Assembly: GCF_009914755.1 (NCBI RefSeq)
Contig: NC_060946.1
Reading direction: 5' to 3' (one strand)
Origin: the human T2T-CHM13v2.0 reference genome, Homo sapiens
Length of the DNA: 64,000 nucleotides
In this document: one piece after another, positions 19,735-40,479 of the stretch
Position numbering within the stretch: position 1 is the first letter of the stretch
How the letters are laid out: the number at the start of each line of letters is the position of its first letter
Made by a program: the position numbers and the translations under genes
The notes under the pieces: generated by a model
The model's database searches: none
What the model was told of the DNA's origin: nothing
The model's input: only the letters and a program-made list of their open reading frames with translations

Positions 19735-20042
19735 TTTATTTTTCTGTATTTTTTCTTTTGAGTTAGGGTCTCACTCTGTTGTGTAAGCTGGAGTGCAGTG
19801 ACACGATCATAGCTTGTTGGAACCTCCACCTCCCAGGCTCAAGCCATCCTCCCACTTCAGCCTCCCAAGTAGCTGTAACTACAGGTGTACGCTACCAGAC
19901 CCAGCTAATTTTTTAATTTTTTTGTAGAGATGAGGTCTCACCGTGTTGCCCAGGTTGGTCACGAACTCCTGGGCTCAGGGGATCCTCCTTCCTCGGCCTC
20001 CCAAAGTGCTGAGATTACAGGCACGTACCACTGTACCCAGCC
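19735..20042 (-). mobile_element. AluJ-like
   Basis: Antisense Alu dimer. Confidence 0.85.
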
Positions 20043-20521
20043 TATTTTTATTTTTCTTATGTTAAATATCTTTTCTTGTATGGTTTGTGGATTTTGAGGT
20101 CAGTTAAAAAGGCCATTCCCAGCCTAAAGTTATTAAAGAACTTTGCTCCATTTCCTTCTAGTGTCTTTATTATTTTATTTTTACATTGAACTCTTGGTTC
20201 ATATGGAATAGATTTTGATGTATAGTGTAAGATATAGATCCACCTTTATTATTGTTCTAAAGTAGTGAGTTGTCCAAATCCTAGAATAGTGATTTGATAT
20301 ACCATCTTTACCCTATATTAACTTTCTGTTTATCAGAATCTGTTTCTATTCTTTCATTTCATTGGTCTGCCTATTACGTGCTAGTACCAGCTTTCTTAAT
20401 TGAGGCTTTTACTGTTTGGTATGACTAATCCCCCTGTTATAGTTATTTTTCCCCTTGAGAGTTTTTATAGATATTTCTACATTTTGTGTTTCCAAATGAA
20501 CTTTAGAGTCACCCTATCTAG

Positions 20522-20873
<352 letters not shown>

Positions 20874-21680
20874 TGGAAGCTTATTTTTTAAAATAAAACT
20901 ACCTTAGATGTGTATATTAGCATCAGGAGAATTTATATTTTCTTCCCAAACAAGAGCATAGCATGCTGTAAACTTTCAATACTAGAATTTTGGCTTTGCA
21001 TTTGAAAATTAAAATACTCAAAATAACATTAATTACTGCAGCATTAGTTTATAATGTCACAGTATCTGTAAAACCATTCACAATTATATTCACTAAATTG
21101 CTTTCAGCAATATGCCCCTCTTTGACCACAGTTATTTACTTCTCTGAGTCTCTCATACATTCTCGTGGAGCAAAGGTTATTTTCATAAACACTCTTAAGT
21201 GTTGGCCTGACATTATGATACAGTTTTTAACCTCCTACTCAGCATATTGTCTCCTTCTATGCTTTATCTCACCACTTGCTTAGGTCATATTGCAACAGAT
21301 TAAACACAAATATTTTATGGGTATTTTGAAAATCCAAATGAATAGAAAAAGCAAGAATATAGCCAAATATAAGCAAATATTTTAATTAGTTTTTCTGTAT
21401 GCTAGAAATATCAGTTTAGAAAATACAATGGGGAAAATATCCCTTTTAAATAACAACAAAACTATAAAATATCTAGGAATACATTTAATAAGAAATATAC
21501 AAGGATCTATTTGAAAAACATAAAATTTTAATAAAGGAAATGAGAAACATTTGAATAAATTGGAGAGACATACTTGAATAAGAAGGCAGTATCATCAAAC
21601 TTTCCTTAAATAACATTTATACTTAATGCAATTCCAACAAAAATAAAAACAGGACTATTTGGAAGTTTAAGAGTTTATTT

Positions 21681-21937
21681 CGAGGCCAAAGTGGGAAGAT
21701 TGCTGAAGCCCAGGAGTTTGAGACCAGCCTGGGAAACGTAGTGAGACCCTATCTCTACAAAAAAAAATTAAAAAATTAGTTGGATATGGTAGTGCACACC
21801 TGTAGTCCCAGCTACACAGGAGGCTGAGGTGGGAGGATCGCTTATAAGTGGGGGAGTTGAGGCTGCAGTGAGCCATATTGTACCATTGCACTTCAGCTTA
21901 GGTGACAAGGCGAGACTCTGTCTCAAAAAAAAAAAAA
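21681..21937 (+). mobile_element. AluJ-like (5'-truncated)
   Basis: Alu consensus with poly(A). Confidence 0.85.
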
Positions 21938-22011
21938 TTGAAATTTTAAAAAATTAAATAGGATTTTTAGCTTAACACATTTATTTTGAAGTTCATTAAG
22001 AAGGAAGAACT

Positions 22012-22317
22012 GGCCAGGCACGGTGGCTTATGCCTGTAATCCCACCACTTTGGGAGGCCAAGGCGGGTGGATCATGAGGTCAGGAGTTTAAGATGAGCCT
22101 GGCCAAGATGGTGAAACCTCGTCTCTACTAAAAATACAAAAATTACCTGGGCCTGCTGGCAGGTGCCTGTAATCCCAGCTACTCGGGAGGCTGAGGCAGG
22201 GAGTTGCTTGAACCCAGGAGGCAGAGGAGGTTGTAGTGAGCCGAGATGGTGCCACTACACCCCAGTCTGGGTGACAGAGTGAGACTCCATCTCAAAAAAA
22301 AAAAAAAAAAAAAAAAA
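22012..22317 (+). mobile_element. AluS-like
   Basis: Alu dimer with poly(A). Confidence 0.9.
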
Positions 22318-22383
22318 GAACCTTCAAAATCTTGAAGCAGCAGCATGAAGACTTGTCCTATAAGATATTAGAATGTACTATAA

Positions 22384-22726
<343 letters not shown>

Positions 22727-23532
22727 CCAGGTTTAATTTTTAAAAAGCAGAAGAAACCACTAAGGTACCAGAAGTAAATGTGTTTTGCTCCACCATTGTA
22801 TTATAAAAATTTGCAAAAGTACAAAGAAATGAAACCTAAATGAATGGAAAGACATTCTACGTTCATGGATCAGAAGATTCATTATTGAGATGACAGTACT
22901 CTGTAAATTGATCTAAGATTCAATAGCAGAATTGCAGCTGGCTTCTTTTCACAAATTGACAAGCTATTCTTAAAATTCACATGGAAATTCAAAGGGCCCA
23001 GAATAGCCGAAACAATGTTGAGAAAGAACCTTGGGGGTCTCACACATCCTGATTTCAAAGCTTACTACAAAGTTATAGTAAGGAAGACAGGGTGATACTG
23101 GCATAAAGATAGACATATGGACCAATGGAGTTCAATTGAGAATCCAGAAATAAACCCATATATCTATAGTCAGTTGATTTTCAAAATGGGTGCCAAAACA
23201 AGGATGCAGAAGAATGAATTTGGGCACCCTACCTCACACCATATTCAAAAATTAACTAAAAATGGATTACAGACGATGTTAGCCAAAACTATAAAACTCT
23301 TAAAATGTAGGCATAAATCACTGTGACCTGGTGGTCACAATGTTGGTTTCTGAGATATGATACCAAAAGCACAAGCAACAGAAGAAAAACCGAATTGGAC
23401 TTTATCTAATTAAAAACTCCTTTGCTTCAAAATAATCCATCAAGAAAATGAAAAGACAACCTACAGAGTGGGAGGAAAGATTTACGTTTGATAAGGGATT
23501 TGTATTTTTAATACTTAAACTCCCATAACTCA

Positions 23533-23919
<387 letters not shown>

Positions 23920-23975
23920 TCATATCTCAATAGAGCTATTATTAAAAAATCAATTTGCATGAGTTGCTCTATTAA

Positions 23976-24324
<349 letters not shown>

Positions 24325-24329
24325 TCGTT

Positions 24330-26700
24330 TGACAAAATCTAACTTTCATGTTTGATAAAAATTATTAGCAAACTAGAAATAGAAGGGAATTGCCTTAACA
24401 TAATAGAGGCATCTTCAAAAACCCTGAAGCCAGCATGATACTTAATGGTGAAAGACTGAATGCTTTGCCCCTAAGATTGGGAACAAGACAGGATGATTTT
24501 CTCCTCATCATAGGTCATGATTTCATGTTTCTTTGCATGCCTGATTGCTTTTTGTTGGATGTTATACATAGTGAATTTTACCTTTTTGGGTGCTAGATAT
24601 TTTTGTATTCCTAACACATTCTTGAGCTTGTTCTGGGACACATGTAAAATACTTGGAAACAGTTTCATTCTTTTGGGTCTTGTTTTTGAGATCTGTTCGG
24701 CAGGACTGAGCTTTTGTCAGCCTTGGGCTAATTACTGCCCACTACTGAGGCAAGACTGTTGTTTACTTCACCCAGTGCCTCATGGAACATGAGTCTGGCT
24801 GCTGGTGGGAACAGGCACTTTTCTTGCCCTTGTGTGAGTGCTGTGACATCTAATCCTTTCAGGTGGTTCTTCCCCAGGCCTCGGGTAGTTTCCTCATGTA
24901 CATGTATAGATCACGAGTGACTCTGCTGACCTCTCAAGGTCTCTCTCCGGGCAGCTCCCTCCTCTCTGGCATTCTGCCCTTCATATAAGTCACTTAGTCC
25001 CCCTCACACTCTCATTCAGCTCTGTCTCCTCAACTCCGGGAATCCTCTGGACTCCAAAAGGTTTCCCTCCTGTGCCAGGTCTTGGAAACTATCCAGGCAG
25101 TAAGCTAGGGCAGTTGGAGAGCTCACTTCACATGTTTCCCATCTCTCAGGGTTACTGACCTTTGTTGCCTGATATACCTCAGGTCTTGAAAACTGTCGTT
25201 CCATGTATTTTGTGTGTTCTCTGAGTTCAGGCAAGACAGTAAATGTGGTCACTGTTACTCCACGTTGGCTGGAAGCACGTGATTTTTCTCTTTACAAATC
25301 TGACGAGGTAATTCAAAGGGGAAAAGCTGGTCTTTCCAACAGATGGTGGTAAAACAATTTGATATCCATATGCAAAGGAAGGAAGGAAAAGGAAAGAAAA
25401 GAGAACTTAGACCCTTACTTGGCACCATGCACTAAAATAAGTTTCAAAAGGATTATTCATAGGCCTAAATGTAAGAGCTAAAACTATACAACTTCAAGAA
25501 GAAAAAATAGGAGAAAGTTTTTCAGCTTTCTGTAAGGCAGTGATTCCTGAGAGAGGACCCCAAAGCACAATTCATAAAAGAAAAAAGTAGCAAATTAAAC
25601 TTCATACCCAGCAATTCCACTCTTTGGTATATACCCAAAATGACTGAAAGAAGAGACTCAGATACTTTTACACCAATGTTCATAGCAGCGTTATTCATAA
25701 TAGCCAAAGGTGGAAGTAGTCCAGATGTCCATCAACAGATGAATGGGTAAATAAAATGTGATCTATACATTATACAGTGGAATATTATTCATAAAAAGAA
25801 ATAACATTCTGATAAATGCTGCAACTTGGAAGAACCTTGAGAACATTACGCTAGCGGAATAAGCCACAGTGGACAAATACTGTATAATTACGCTTCTATG
25901 AGGACGTGGAATAGGCAAATTCATAGAGACAGAAAGCAGACTACAAGTTACCAGGGGCCATTGAGGGAGTAATTGTTTCATGGTGTGTTCATTTCCTGGG
26001 CCTGCCATAACAAAGCACCACAAATGGGTGATTTAAAATCTAGAGATTTATTGTCTCACAGTTCTGGAGAGTAGAGATCCAAAATCAAGGTGACAAAAGG
26101 GCCATGGTCCTCTGAAACCTGCAGGGGAATTCTCTTTGCCTCTTCCTCACTTCTGGTAGTTGGCAGGTAATCTTGGGTGCAAATGCCAAAAATCTGACTT
26201 GCAGATGCATCACTGTAATCCTCCATCTTCCCGCGGGGTTCTCCCTGTGTGTCTTCCCTCTGAGTATGTCTGCGTCTGTGTCCGCGTCCAACTTTCCTTA
26301 TGACGACACGAATCAGATCAGATTAGGGCCTACCTGCTGATCTCCATGTGACTGCATCTGCAAAGACTCTGTTTTAAGATCCTGAGGTACTAGGAGTTAG
26401 GACTTAAACATACCTTTTTGTGTGTGGGATGCACTTTAACCCATAACAAATAGGCACAGAGATTCTCTTTGGGATGATGAAAAAATTCTGGAAATTTGTG
26501 GTGGTAATGGTTGCATTACACTGTGTGCACTTAATGCCACTGAATTTTACACTTAATTATTTAAAAATTCACCACAGTAAAAAACAATGCCTGGAAAAAT
26601 ACTCAGCAAATGTTAAAAGTAGCTTTCTCTGGGTGGGGTGGGATTTCAAGTGATTTTCTTTCTTCTCTGTATGTTTATGTACTGTGTATAAATAGAAAAT
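24330..26700. mobile_element. Old L1 fragments (L1MC/MD-like 5' region on -, L1MB-like 3' end on +)
   Basis: L1 3'UTR motifs such as cccagcaattccactc and aaccttgagaacattacgct. Confidence 0.65.
25985..26448 (-). mobile_element. MLT1 (MaLR) solo LTR, MLT1C-like, inserted in L1MB
   Basis: tgccataacaaagcaccacaaa...atttattgtctcacagttctggag...cccataaca. Confidence 0.75.
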
Positions 26701-28739
26701 TTTTAAAATAGAGTTAATCCTGAAAAAGAGCATATACAAAAACCTATTTTTCTCTATTCAAAGTTCACCCTTTAGTGGAAAATTAAACCCAGTTACATGA
26801 CCTCTAGTTTGATAAGATAGCGGCTCAGTGAGAGTTTTCCTGCCCCGAAAATGTTTGTTTTTGTTTCTCTATTTTAAGGAGTCTGGATATTTGTAATTCA
26901 AAACTCTGTACGTTTAAAAACAATCTCTTTTTCAAAATAAGAAACAATTTTCTTTTAGGTGTTTGTAGGGGTTGCCAATTCGTGGGCCAGTGCACTATGT
27001 TAAAAAAACAAACCTAGAGATTATTGTAAAATTCAGCTCTCATTCTTTACATTTAGGAAAAACTGAGGGATATGCCAAATTTCTTTCATTCAGTTATGAT
27101 AAATCCGACCTCTACATATGTAGATATGACAGATCCTACCACTACTTTGTGCTTGATTGTTCTAGAGAAGTGTTATTTAAAAATTGTCAGTTTTCATTTT
27201 CCACTGTCAATTTTCAGGCATAATTACTTTATTAGAATTAGAGAGTTGATAAAAATAAGACTTAAGGTAACGTCATTTTGATTTGGTTAGTTTTGTTTAT
27301 GTAAGCATTTATGAATATAATTTGATTCACAAAAGGAGTAAATATTGTTTTGAAGGATAGTGCTATCTCCTTTTCATGATCAATTGAGGAAAATTTATCA
27401 AGTCAGGTATAAAGTGTCTGCTTTATATGAACTGTGGAAACTAGGCCAGCAAATCTCAAGTTAGGGAACCAGGAATAGTCTGGATCTTTCTGTAAGTCAC
27501 ACTGAATGTTCTTGTCTGCAAACTATTCTGTGATATTCTCTGAAAGGGATTCTAAGCTTATTTGGAAAATAGAAGTAAGGAAATATTTATCTGTTAACCA
27601 TATTCAAATCCTGATGAATTAAAAAAACTACCTTTCTATGTGAGATATATAGTTCAGCTTCATTTTCAGAAAATGGAAAGTACGGATACTATTTATTGGC
27701 ATTTAGCCCTTTAAAAAAACTTTTTAATACAAGATTAGCAAGATATTAGAACCGTGGTAATTGGATGTCTTTCAGGGTAATAAACCATTAAAGTTTATGA
27801 GTCATGTTAACAGAAAGCCTTCTCAGTTCCACCATTTCCCTTGATCAGTTCATTCTCCAATAAACATAAAATCCTCCTCCTGGAGTTCAGAGCACAGCAA
27901 GGGAGAAGAGAAAAAGCTAAAACAAAATCCAGAAAGCAGTAATTGGGAAATGTTAGTAACCTCCTGAACCTTGGGCTCGTGACAAATGTCCAGGACTCAG
28001 GGCACTGCTGGCACCAGCAGGATTTGGCTGCGGGAAGTCTTCTTCACAAGAACTTAGTCCCTGGTTTGTGGTCTCAAGATTTTTGGAGACAATCCAGATG
28101 TGTTTTCTTGAAGTCATCCCAAAGCCGCCTTAGTAGTTAAAAAATAATAATAATGATTAAAAATAGTAACAGAGCAACATTAAGGGCTCTGGTCCTTTGT
28201 GTGGGAGGAGTCAGTTGACAGTTCCTTGATGTCTGGGACAGCTGCTGGAAGCCTCTATTGTGTAGACAGAGCAGGGTGTGGGCCCCAGGCCGAGTCTCTG
28301 AGCACAGAGAATGGATGCCACTTGTGGCTGGTGTGGACTCAGAGCTCGCCAGCAAGAAGAGTGCCACGCTCTGCCGCCGACATCATCCCTCCTCAGGGGT
28401 GCCTTGGATGCACGCTGGGGGAGCAGCTGTGTGTTTGATAATGGAACACAGTCTGATAAAAAAACCCTAGTGTAAGTAACTCAGTTACTGTCTTCCTTTG
28501 CCCTTTCAATACTTGACTCATTTTATTTTTGTTTTTATGAGTTTTATGCTGTGCTTTTATTTTGAGCTCCTTAAAACCTTTATAGAAGTTGAAGAACATA
28601 TATGTATATCTATTTCTGCATGTATTAGTGTAACAAAAATATCTGAATTTACAAATAAAAATAGGTTTCTTTCATGACTTATGAAAAGCATTATGCAAGT
28701 CCTGTTGCATGTGAATTTTCTTTTAAAATAATTCTTTGA

Positions 28740-29047
<308 letters not shown>

Positions 29048-29571
29048 TTACAAGTTTTCAAAGAAAATAAAGCCATTGTTTGCATTTACTCTTCAAAAAT
29101 AGTATGCGAAATGCCAGAGGTTCTTTTGTGGTCAGGAAGATGTACCAAAAACACATCCTTCTCTAGGAACTGCAGCATTCTTCTGTGAATTCTAAAAGTT
29201 TGAAAAGTCACATTTGCAACTGTGTAAGTGTCAGGATTCAGAGGGCTGGGCATGGGCATGACCTCAGGAAAGTCTGTGTCTACTTGATCAGTTGAGGCAT
29301 TTTAGAGCCCTGTGCACTTCACCACTTTTACTGAGTTTTAAAGATTAAAGTCAAAGTAACCATTCTTTAGCCTCCATAGTCAGCCTAAAGGAAATTTTCA
29401 CTTCTCAAGGTTAGAAATACAATAAGGTTGGTGAGCTAATTTTCTTTGATGCAGTTGGCTGTATATAGCTGTCTACAACTCCATGGCAAATAGCCTGTGT
29501 ACTTATTACCAGCCAAGGCTGGTCGATAGGGTTATACCACCCAGTCTTTCAGGATGATGAAAGCGTCATCA

Positions 29572-29874
29572 GGCCAGGTGCGGTAGCTTATGCCTGTAAT
29601 TCCAACACTTTGGGAGGCCGAAGCAGGCAGATCACTTGAGGCCAGGAGTTTGAGACCAGCCTGGCCAACGAGGCGAAACCCCGTCTCTACTAAAAGTACA
29701 AAAATTGGCCGGACATGGTGGCGCACACCTGTAATCCCAGCTACCCTGGGGGCTAAGGCATGAAAATCACTGGAATCTGGGAGGCAGAAGTTGCAGTGAG
29801 CCGAGATCACACCACTGTACTCCAGCCTGGGCCATAGAGCAAGACTCTATCTGAAAAAAAGAAAAAAAAAAAAA
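29572..29874 (+). mobile_element. AluS-like
   Basis: Alu dimer; TSD approx. ...tcatca. Confidence 0.9.
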
Positions 29875-29926
29875 CTTCATCAGTTACTCAAACTGGATTA
29901 ATCAACTTGGTCAGGTTCCAGACAAA

Positions 29927-30232
<306 letters not shown>

Positions 30233-30246
30233 CCAGACAAAACTGA

Positions 30247-30755
<509 letters not shown>

Positions 30756-30759
30756 GATA

Positions 30760-36839
<6,080 letters not shown>

Positions 36840-36840
<1 letters not shown>

Positions 36841-37020
36841 GTGTTGTTCATAACAGTGGCCATTAGGCACATATGGCCATATCCATGTAAATTAACATTA
36901 AAATTTTCCTTGATCACACTAACCTCGTTTTAGTTGCTCAGCAGCCACATGTACCTAGTGGCTACTGTATTGCACAGCACAAATTTTCATTATTGCAGAT
37001 AGTTCTATTGAAAAGCACTG
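36840..37020. mobile_element. MER3/MER33-like hAT MITE
   Basis: agccacatgtacctagtggctactgtattgcacagcac...agttctattg...agcactg. Confidence 0.65.
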
Positions 37021-37123
37021 TGTGGAGTGGTGGGGTGGCCCCACCTTCTGGATTTGCTTCACTGTTCTCTTATGTTGTTGTGTAACTCATTAAAATAATC
37101 CCTGTATTTATAGAAAATTGGAA

Positions 37124-37226
37124 GTTATATATATATATATGTTATATATATATAACAGTTATATATATAAAAAACAGTTATATATATAACAGTTATATAT
37201 ATATATAAGCATATATATGTATGCTT
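37124..37226. repeat. AT-rich palindromic (TA)n minisatellite
   Basis: Units of gttatatatataaca. Confidence 0.85.
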
Positions 37227-37319
37227 ACTTAGATCCAGATTAAACTTGTATTTCAAGACTACCTTAGGTGATGCTGTACCCTTTGTACTGCATTACAAAG
37301 AACTAAGAATTAACCACTA

Positions 37320-37720
37320 GATTTTGCACCATGGATGTAGCTATTGGTCTTATGTGGGGCCAAAAACCTGATTTGAGGGGGTAGTTCAAGAAAGAGGGGG
37401 AAGAGTGGAATTGGAGACACCAAGTATAGACCAGTTGGGAGCTTTGTACTGAAAGGAGAACAGAGAAATGGAGTGTTAACTGGATGGGGATATAGTACTG
37501 AGTTGGACAGCTATAGCGTATTTATGTGCTGATAGGAATGATTCATCTGAGAGGGAAAGCCTGACAATGCAGGAGAGAGAGAGGAGAATTATTAAAGCAC
37601 TGTTCTGCAATAGGCAAGGGTGAGTGAGTGGGTCTGGGCTAGTGGACATGTTGGCCATGGAGAGGGGCCCAGAGGCTCTGCCTACAATAATAGATGGGAT
37701 GGCAGAGCATAAGCTGGTAA
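37320..37720 (-). mobile_element. L2 fragment
   Basis: Purine-rich L2-like sequence. Confidence 0.5.
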
Positions 37721-38589
37721 GAAGGGACATGGGACTTCTCTATTTATTTCATGTCATACTGTCCAAGACTGTACAGTACTGTAGTGGCCTTCATTATAAG
37801 GCCCCAGACCTTCATGTTTTGTGTGCCCTTTTATGACCTATGTATAGCTCTTCTTCCTTTGCTGTCATTTCTGTCTCAGTTTGCCTGACTCTACAGCCTT
37901 CCTCCCCACCCCATTTCTAACTTGCTTCTATTTATGCCATAGATTCAAACATCCACAACTAAGGCCATTAAATTACAAAAGAAAAAAAAAAGACTGCCAT
38001 GTAAGTTACCCTAACTTGGAAGTAGCTAATCCTGAAACTAGCATGGCCTGGAACTTGGCTACTTTGGAGACTTTTTTGGTCTCTCTCCTAGTGTCTTTGC
38101 ATCTGTCCTGTCTTCCTCTTCGCTTCTCCTCTCTCTGCTTACGCATGGCTTTTGCGCCTCTGTCACTCTGGGCTGCACGTGGTCATGATGGCCCACTGAC
38201 CTCAGTTTACATCACCAGCCTTTGGGTCTTGCTTCAGCTGCAAATACTGGATCTTGTCAAGATGTTCTGGATTGAATTCATGAGAAAAGGAATCTGGTTG
38301 GCCAGTTCACAGGCGTTTTTCTGACGTGTCCCGGGGTTGGCTGGGCCATGCAGTCTGTTTCCTGCTCTTGCCTAGTCAGCTGCAGCTGGGAGAGTAGAGT
38401 CCTCCAGTAGGAAACACAACTGCCTGGGTTCACAACTCCCTAGGCTGGGCCGAGGCAGTTCTGGGGAGGGGTGGTGAGTGGGTGGGTAGGGGCACAGTGG
38501 TTGTGTTTTCATTCATCAAGGTGTTTAAATTGTATCACGAAGACAATGGCATGTAAGTGAAGTGCATAAGCTGTATTTTATGGACTTGC

Positions 38590-38893
38590 TTTTCTCTTTT
38601 TTTTTTTTGGAAACAGGGTCTTGCTCTGTCACCCAGGCTGGGGTGTGGTGGCATGATCATGGCTCACTGCAGCCTTAACCTCCCAGGCTCTAGTGATCCT
38701 CCCACCTAAAAGCCTCCCGAGTAGCTGGGACTACAGGAACAGGCTACCATGCCTGGCTTATTTTTGTATTTTTTGTAGAGACAGGGTTTCACCATGTTGC
38801 CCAGGCTGGTCTCAAACTCCTGGGCTCAAGCAATTCCCTCGTTTTGGCCTCCCAAAGTGCTAAGATTAAGGTGTGAGCCATTGTGCTTGGCCT
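38590..38893 (-). mobile_element. AluJ-like
   Basis: TSD tttatggac/tttatggat. Confidence 0.85.
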
Positions 38894-40333
38894 GTTTTAT
38901 GGATTTTCTAACACCTGTTTTAACTTTCTGCTTATTTTTTATTGGCTGCATTCTACTTATCATAAACTCTGAGCAAATATTTGTGGAATGAATCACTTTT
39001 GAAATTACAGATAAGAACTGCCTTTTTCATTTTGACCACATGTTAATTTGATTTTACTTTTGCATTTTTGGTTTAGAATGAAAATGGCTATACTTCAAGA
39101 AGATCTGTATAGGAAAAAAAAATTAGACTGTTGGCAAAATGCTGCCAGGCAAATCAGAATTCAAATCCCTTTACCTGTCTTAATTAACTAAAAGTATAGA
39201 CTTTCAGTTCTGCTCCTGGGATTTAAAGTTTAAAACTTTTTATTTTAAGTAAATATATTGACAATATTTATATACTTAAGAATATTATTATTCCCTGAAG
39301 CCCAAATGCATAATTGCTACAAATTTAATAAATATCTTGAGATTGGATGAAATTCATTTGAGAAGCAAAATGTTTCCTTAATGCCAATGTGTCCCTTTAA
39401 TGTGTTTGGCTCCAGATGTTTGGCCTCATTTGCTGGAGTGGATGCAGCATTAGCCTGTCAGTTCCCTGCTGTTTGCCATTATTTAGGAGTATTAGAGGCT
39501 GTAAGCCTGCATGCTCATTGGGAAAGTTAAAGAAAAGCTTTAAATAGAGGAAGGTACCAAGCTGCGGCCCCTGTCCAGAATATCTGAGGTTAAAAGCAAC
39601 ACAACAAAGTGACTATAAATCAAGCATTAGAATCCTAAAAGTAGCTGCAATAGCTAAGAGCAGTCCTACTTGTAACCATCTTTCGTATTAGCTGTCAACT
39701 GAGATCCTGAAGCACAGAATCAAATCTTCATTAAGGGCCATTCTCTCCTTCAAAGGACGTGTCCAACAAAATATGTATTCTACAATGGAATATGCAAATT
39801 CTTTAGCAGTAACAGGGAATATAAATTGGATTTCCTGAAGTATTGGGGCCCACACTATTGTGCTCATAAATCCTTGCATTATGTCTCATTAACCTTTCAT
39901 ACTTAGATGTAGTCTGTAGATTATTGTATTATACTAAAGTAAAAGTCTACTTTAACACCAGTAGCAGGGTATAGCTCTTATACTGTGTCTTAAGAAATGG
40001 TAGAAGCACTTGGAATTCCCTTTACATTGACATACAAATTTTATTTTCTTATAATGGGAAGATAATAGATTTTGCCTCTTGTATAATTATAGTGTAAACC
40101 ATAGAACTCATCCACCCCAGTTCTTAGGGTCATAATGTTCTCCAGAATTTCATGCTTATTATAAGGTTTTCCGCATACGAATGTGTTTATAGGTATCCGT
40201 TTAGGGTCAGAGCTCTGGTCCCTTAGGAATACCAGTTGTGTGTATATTAGCAAAGACCAACACTCCCAAGTCACTAACACATAGATCCACTTTTCAGTTT
40301 GTGTTTTCTTAGTTTTCAAAATAACAGAGGTTT

Positions 40334-40477
40334 GCTGGGGGCGGTGGTGCATGCTTGAGGTCTCAGCTGATCTAGGAGGCTGAGGCAAGAGGATTGCTTG
40401 AGCCCAGGAGTTTGAGGTCAGCCTTGGCAACATAGCGAGAGCCCCATCTCTAAAAGTAAATAAATAATAAAATAAAA
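40334..40477 (+). mobile_element. FLAM (Alu monomer)
   Basis: Monomer with (TAAA)n tail; TSD approx. aaaataacagaggttt/aaaatgcagagattt. Confidence 0.8.
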
Positions 40478-40479
40478 TG

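Noticed and set aside
27111-27124. 14-bp perfect palindrome tctacatatgtaga
   Set aside because: About what is expected by chance in 64 kb of AT-rich DNA
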